Shown here one piece after another: positions 60,501 through 64,000 of a stretch of DNA of 64,000 nucleotides. Location: positions 682,001 to 746,000 of the forward strand of contig CM052849.1 in assembly GCA_028534125.1 (NCBI GenBank), given 5' to 3'. How positions within the stretch are numbered: position 1 is the stretch's first letter; every line of letters starts with the position of its first letter. The translations under genes and the position numbers were made by a program. The DNA comes from Lama glama. Lineage: Eukaryota. The notes beneath the pieces are model-generated. The model saw nothing but the letters and a program-made list of their open reading frames with translations. It had not been told where the DNA came from and did not search any database.

Positions 60501-61598
60501 CTCCCCTGTGTCTCCATGCAGCCTCTGGCCTGGGCACAGAGCAGGCCCCCCACAGCCTCTCCTGCCTTCAGGCTATGCTGTCGACACCTTCCCTGTTTTA
60601 CGGTTTAGAGAAAACAAATTAAGTATAGAAGAGCCAGAGAAAAACATGCCAAACTCCTAAGGGTGTAACTCCGAGAGCTCATGGGTCAGGTGGCCAGACC
60701 TCCTCCTCCACGGAGCCCAGGGATGAGTTTGGTGCAGACTCGGCCGCATCCGGGCCTCCTCAGCTTTCCCGGGGAAACCTTGGCTCCGCTTCCGCCAGTT
60801 TGCTTCACCCTGGGTGTCATCTGGGCTGCACAATGTGGGGTCACCTCCACTGCTGGCTCCTCTTCCTCTTCACACGTCTACCCCAGGTCCATGCAGGGGT
60901 TCTCTTCCCCGCCATCCCTGGCATCCTCTGCCAGAGAAGGAGTTCTCAGGCTTGGAAGGGAGGCCCTGCTCTCGTCCCGAAGTCCTCAGGTCCATCTTCA
61001 ACCGTCCTTCTCCACCCTCACCTTGAGGTGATTTATCCATCCTCTGGGCCTCAGCTACCCCAGTGCCAACAGACCCCAGGCTCTGCCCTGGCAGTGCCCG
61101 TAGCCCAAGCCCTCTTCTGGGTGCAAACTCCCCTCCCCCCGCCACCTCTTCTCTGGGGGCTGCCCCCTCACCCTGCTCTTCCATTCCACCTCCTGCCAAG
61201 ACGCCTTCTCCCAGACAGACCCTGCTGCCCTCCTCTCCTGCCACAGCGCCCTCACTGTCCATCCCCTGGGGCCTGTCCCCACTGCCACTCTTGCCTGCCC
61301 TTGCGCCACTTCCTGTGTGGTTGGGGAGCGGGGTGAGTGGTGAGAACCTGTCCTCTAGGCCTCGGCGCCCTAAACTGAGACACAGGCAGCAGAGACAGCA
61401 TTTGTTCATTCTGTGTTGTGCAGCGTAGCATGTCCTTGGTNNNNNNNNNNNNNNNNNNNNNNNNNNNNNNNNNNNNNNNNNNNNNNNNNNNNNNNNNNNN
61501 NNNNNNNNNNNNNNNNNNNNNNNNNNNNNNNNNNNNNNNNNNNNNNNNNNNNNNNNNNNNNNNNNNNNNCTGGAAGCCAGTGGGAGTCCACAGTGGTG
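12471..61598 (+). CDS. HIRA: HIRA histone H3.3 chaperone, exons 1-24 of 25 (3'-incomplete; exons 3 and 4 not visible, exons 10 and 24 partly in N gaps)
   Basis: Exons translate to [33 protein letters not shown]..., WD40 repeats, the ASF1-binding B-domain ([20 protein letters not shown]), KKKKGRPRK and the C-terminal Hira domain. All visible junctions are GT-AG with consistent phase. Confidence 0.98.
14707..14752 (+). repeat. 23-bp tandem duplication
   Basis: ctggagagggcaggttgaaagcc / ctggagagggcaagttgaaagcc (1 mismatch). Confidence 0.9.
14838..15049 (-). mobile_element. MER20-like hAT-Charlie DNA transposon, essentially full length
   Basis: Terminal inverted repeats cagggtttctca...tgagaatcactg; internal tccctggcctct...atgccagtagcacc...gttgtgacaa...tgtctcca; 8-bp TSD ctctaagg / ttctaagg. 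Confidence 0.85.
19762..19970 (-). mobile_element. L1 3'-end fragment (L1MA-type)
   Basis: T-tract, then ttagtttcaggtgtacaac...catctgtcacctcacatagttac...aagatttactctcttagcaa. Confidence 0.75.
20550..20790 (-). mobile_element. L2 LINE fragment
   Basis: tttactgagcgccaactgtgtgcccag...ctaggtcctgggga resembles the reverse complement of the L2 3' end. Confidence 0.5.
21505..22053 (-). mobile_element. L1MB-type 3' fragment
   Basis: aacataaaatttaccatcttaacc...cccagcccctggcaa...gtggaatcat...ttgggttgcttccacct...gctgggtcat; minus-strand ORF 21697-21903 resembles L1 3' sequence. Confidence 0.8.
24203..24265 (+). CDS. HIRA: HIRA exon 2
   Basis: [21 protein letters not shown]; long pyrimidine tract, donor GTATGT. 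Confidence 0.96.
25513..25652 (+). other. Assembly gap (140 N), probably hiding HIRA exon 3
   Basis: Immediately preceded by the pyrimidine tract ttgtttctgctcc. The expected exon 3 peptide is found nowhere in 24266-28062. Confidence 0.65.
25768..25899. other. Assembly gap (132 N)
   Basis: Run of N. Confidence 0.95.
26756..26936 (+). other. Assembly gap (181 N), probably hiding HIRA exon 4
   Basis: The expected exon 4 peptide is absent from readable sequence and the gap is large enough; it could alternatively lie in 25768-25899. Confidence 0.55.
28063..28157 (+). CDS. HIRA: HIRA exon 5
   Basis: [31 protein letters not shown]; 95 nt. Confidence 0.95.
29215..30525 (+). mobile_element. Highly decayed old L1 remnant
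   Basis: Abrupt A-rich block with L1 ORF2-like fragments (cattcagcatcaattccc, ataaatactcaggaataa, gaaagactaaatatt). Boundaries approximate. Confidence 0.55.
30530..30830 (-). mobile_element. L2 LINE fragment (3' end)
   Basis: ttcatttaacaaataattattgagtgcct...ctcactgagaaggtg...ttccaggaggagggagc. Confidence 0.7.
33192..33287 (+). CDS. HIRA: HIRA exon 6
   Basis: [32 protein letters not shown] (WD40); donor GTCTGG. Confidence 0.95.
34284..34444 (+). CDS. HIRA: HIRA exon 7
   Basis: [38 protein letters not shown]...KPFDE. Confidence 0.96.
35791..35958 (+). CDS. HIRA: HIRA exon 8
   Basis: [30 protein letters not shown]...GHRKAVTVV. Confidence 0.96.
37532..37645 (+). CDS. HIRA: HIRA exon 9
   Basis: [38 protein letters not shown]. 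Confidence 0.96.
39192..39220 (+). CDS. HIRA: HIRA exon 10, 5' part (remainder in the 100-N gap 39221-39320)
   Basis: Acceptor ttccttccag, then LTCLKRPLV running into N. Confidence 0.9.
39406..39511 (+). CDS. HIRA: HIRA exon 11
   Basis: [35 protein letters not shown]. Confidence 0.96.
41164..41370 (+). CDS. HIRA: HIRA exon 12
   Basis: [31 protein letters not shown]...[10 protein letters not shown]; 207 nt. Confidence 0.95.
42152..42237 (+). CDS. HIRA: HIRA exon 13 (B-domain, binds ASF1a)
   Basis: [28 protein letters not shown]. Confidence 0.96.
43540..45610 (+). mobile_element. Decayed sense-oriented L1 (ORF2 to 3' region) in HIRA intron 13
   Basis: About 2 kb A-rich block with L1 hallmarks (aaattctaacaaatgtttaaggaa, tgaccatctccgtagatgc, taccatttttcatctaccagatt). 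Confidence 0.7.
46171..46368 (+). CDS. HIRA: HIRA exon 14
   Basis: [21 protein letters not shown]...GDAVSKD. Confidence 0.95.
47528..47689 (+). CDS. HIRA: HIRA exon 15
   Basis: [36 protein letters not shown]...; contains the TPSK CDK consensus. Confidence 0.95.
49480..50310 (+). mobile_element. L1 ORF2 C-terminus / 3' fragment (sense)
   Basis: ORF 49728-49943 [30 protein letters not shown] is L1 ORF2p C-terminal sequence; ccagcaattccacacctagg. Confidence 0.85.
50315..52780 (-). mobile_element. Antisense old L1 (5'/ORF1 region through pre-RT ORF2), with deletions
   Basis: Minus ORF 50175-50522 [35 protein letters not shown]...ASITL is L1 ORF2p just before the RT domain; T-rich continuation. 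Confidence 0.8.
50697..50854 (-). mobile_element. Younger 5'-truncated L1 3' end nested in the older L1
   Basis: Poly-T, then aagtatacttgatttacaatattgtgttagtttcaggtgtacagcacagtgattcag...tagttccctgtactatacagta; flanked by ccttttcattt (50685-50695) / cctttcattt (50861-50870), a probable TSD. Confidence 0.75.
53515..53719 (+). CDS. HIRA: HIRA exon 16
   Basis: LKEQGLVKE...[23 protein letters not shown]...SVQ (RxL motif; basic NLS/AT-hook-like stretch). Confidence 0.95.
53979..54083 (+). CDS. HIRA: HIRA exon 17
   Basis: [35 protein letters not shown]. Confidence 0.94.
55529..55677 (+). CDS. HIRA: HIRA exon 18
   Basis: [49 protein letters not shown]. Confidence 0.95.
57054..57215 (+). CDS. HIRA: HIRA exon 19
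   Basis: [53 protein letters not shown]. Confidence 0.95.
57655..57713 (+). CDS. HIRA: HIRA exon 20
   Basis: [19 protein letters not shown]; 59 nt. Confidence 0.95.
57930..58035 (+). CDS. HIRA: HIRA exon 21
   Basis: [34 protein letters not shown]. Confidence 0.95.
59135..59257 (+). CDS. HIRA: HIRA exon 22
   Basis: [40 protein letters not shown]; donor GTAGGT. Confidence 0.93.
59667..59830 (+). CDS. HIRA: HIRA exon 23
   Basis: [54 protein letters not shown]. Confidence 0.96.
61570..61598 (+). CDS. HIRA: HIRA exon 24, 3' part (5' part in the 129-N gap 61441-61569)
   Basis: GSQWESTVV followed by donor GTAGGT. Confidence 0.9.
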
Positions 61599-62139
61599 GT
61601 AGGTGCTCCTTTCCTTCTTGCCGCAAGAATTCTCTCTTGGGAAGTGCAGGGGGAGATGTAGCAGGCTGCCTGAGTGCTTTGAAACGCTTCCCCATTAGCT
61701 TTGCAGCTCTGCTGTGGGCCCCAGCCTCAGCACGGAAGCAGTTCAGTCAATAGGATAGCTGTCGACGGGGGCTTCTGCTGAGCAGAGCAGCAAGACAGGT
61801 GTGCCAGGGGGCGGGGAGGGCTCCCCACTCCTCCAACAGCTCCCGCTGCCCTCCACCTGCCTCCAGGGAGGAGGGCTTTCCAGATGAAACCAAGGAGAGA
61901 CCTAGGCAGCCCTTGGTAGAGGTGACAGCAGATGCAGAGGCTGCTGTGGCTGGAACATCATCGACCGAAGGGAGGTGTGACCTGAAGCAGGAGGGCAGGG
62001 GCCTTGGGAGGAGCTGGCAGTGTAGTCCCAGGTAGCGGGAGCTTCTGGAGGAGTTTGCACAGAGGCGACGTGAACTGACGCTGCAGGCGGGTCGGGGCTT
62101 GGTTTGTGGTGGTCCTGGCCGTGGCTGAAGGTGACTTCG

Positions 62140-62645
62140 GTCCATGTGGTGGCCATGGAAGGGGGAAGAGAAACCAATTCAAGATGCATTTTGGAAACAG
62201 AACCAACAGGAGTGGGTGGGTGGCGGTGGAGCAGTGAGAGACAAGAATAAGGAATGTAATGAAGCCTCAGAGATGGGATTTCTGGCTCGCATTTGGGGAC
62301 ACGGGTGTGGTGGTTGACGTGTTAAAGAAGCCAGTTGGGGGAGTGGATCCAGGGGTGACGCCACAGCTCCATTTGGTCCTTGAGCAGCTGCTGGGAGAGG
62401 TCTAGGCCCGGGGCCCCGCTTCCTGAGGGGAGCAGGTGCAGGTACCGTGTGGGGCGGGAAGAGGGCAGGGGCTGCAGCACACGAGCAGGTGTTATGTTGG
62501 GCGATCACGGACATCCAGCTGGATCGAGCAGAGGTGTGGGCAGGTACCTGGGGATGAACATCCGGCAGAGGGAACAGCAGGTACAAAGGCCCTGAGGTGT
62601 GAGGCCTGCAGTGTAAAAGGAACAGCTGAGCAAAGGCCATGGGAG
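62140..62645 (-). mobile_element. L2 LINE fragments
   Basis: attcaagatgcattttgga...agaaccaacagga and ggcagagggaacagcaggtacaaaggccctgagg, typical L2 segments. Confidence 0.55.
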
Positions 62646-64000
62646 GACAGGTAAGACAGATGAGGCCGGAAGGACTGGCGCTTAGTCCTGGGAGAATGCT
62701 GAAGGCCATGGTGTGTCCTTGGACTCCGGTATTTTTATTCCATTTCTGTCTTATTGCAATAGATCTTTATTTGGTTAGTTCATAGCATCCTAAGTTCAAG
62801 CCAGTTCCCTTTGGACAATTGAAGGTGTTGTGCCACAGACTTTCAGTGTTTGCTGCTGTTGCTAAAACCTGTGGCAAATCTGATTTCTGTTGCTTGAATT
62901 CTTTTGGGGTCCTCCCTTAGTGCTTTGAAGGTTCAGTATCTGTCATTCTGTGGGCTTGGTTCTTCTCTGACTCTGTCTTCCCTTTCTTTTTCTTTGTCAT
63001 CAGAGAGATGCCATGACATCCCTTTTTAAAATTGGCTGTATCAATTTTTACAGTTTTAATTCCCCCCCCAATTTTTTTTCCTTTGAGCACAGTAAACTTA
63101 GTTGTTTTATTTTAAAGTTGTGTCTGATGGCTTAGCATCAGGAGCCCTTTGCCTGTAAATGTTTCTGCCAGTTCTTGTTCGAGTGATCTTATCTCCTTGT
63201 GGCCTGGTTATTTTCACCTGTCTGCTGGACATGGTGTTAGAAGAACTACTTGTGGGAGCGGCTTGGGCCTCAGGGGACGTCACCATGTCCATGGCACACT
63301 TGTAGTTGCTGCCGCACCAGCTCTTAAGGCCCCAGTGCTGCAGGGTCTCTTCCGCCCAGTTCAGGGAGGGAGGTTTCCCGGCTGCCTGGGAACTTTCCAC
63401 ACTGAGCACCAGCTGGTGCAGAGGCTGGTTTACTGCCAGTTCACCCTTCTTCTAGGCTGCATCCCTTTGGGATACCAGCACCAAGGAAGGACCCCCACTT
63501 TCCATGGGCCTCAGGGCCCTGCTTTGCACCACCCCCACCCCACCCCACCCCCCGCCAGCTCTCAAGCCTGACAAGGTCACTTGGTCTCTCTCGTGTTAGT
63601 ACTTGCTCCCAAGGCAAAGGTGTCCCTCGCATGTCTCCCTCCCCCACACCCTGGCCCCGCCCTTCATCCCAGCACATTGGCTCTCTACGATTTGCCTCCT
63701 TTGGTCCAGCTTTGTCCCCCCATCCTCACTGGGAAGGGTGGTTCTGAATCACCTGCAGTGATGGAGCTATTTCCAAGCACACCTCCCCTCCGGGCAGCCT
63801 GACATGCCGTCTGCTCGATGAGCAGGAGGTAGGCATGTGCCCCACAGAGCATCCCTCAGCCAGGTTGTGGGGTTTCACTCTTGAGTCCCAGCTGCCACTC
63901 GGGGAGCCTTAGGCCAAGGCGTTTGCCAGAGCTGCACACACGGAGGGGGCGCAGGGGACAAGGCACAGACGAGCCACCAGTTCTCGGCCATTCACCCTCC

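Noticed and set aside
1-64000. tRNA, rRNA, snoRNA or miRNA genes
   Set aside because: None recognised by eye; an Infernal/Rfam and tRNAscan-SE search would be needed to exclude small intronic RNAs.

Overview
Mammalian (non-primate, non-rodent; possibly camelid/cetartiodactyl) genomic DNA syntenic with the human 22q11.2 (DiGeorge) interval. Gene order: last intron and final coding exon of UFD1 (+), complete C22orf39/PANTS (+, 3 coding exons, 105 aa), complete MRPL40 (-, 4 coding exons, 206 aa), a CpG-island bidirectional promoter, and HIRA (+) exons 1-24 of 25 (exon 25 lies beyond the window). All visible splice sites are GT-AG and exon phases are consistent. HIRA exons 3 and 4 and parts of exons 10 and 24 are not visible and appear to fall in N gaps. 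Introns contain old L1, L2, MaLR (MLT1) and MER20 remnants; no lineage-specific SINE was recognised. There are no prokaryotic features, no CRISPR array and no new protein-coding gene: nearly all long ORFs in the track are GC-content artefacts. The most interesting signals are regulatory: three evenly spaced (78 nt) in-frame uAUGs in the HIRA leader with twin MARxR* pentapeptide uORFs and a stem-loop, a recursive-splice-site motif at HIRA exon 18, a possible C22orf39-HIRA read-through, and the coincidence of assembly gaps with HIRA exons. Comparisons with human proteins are from memory and need confirming by alignment.
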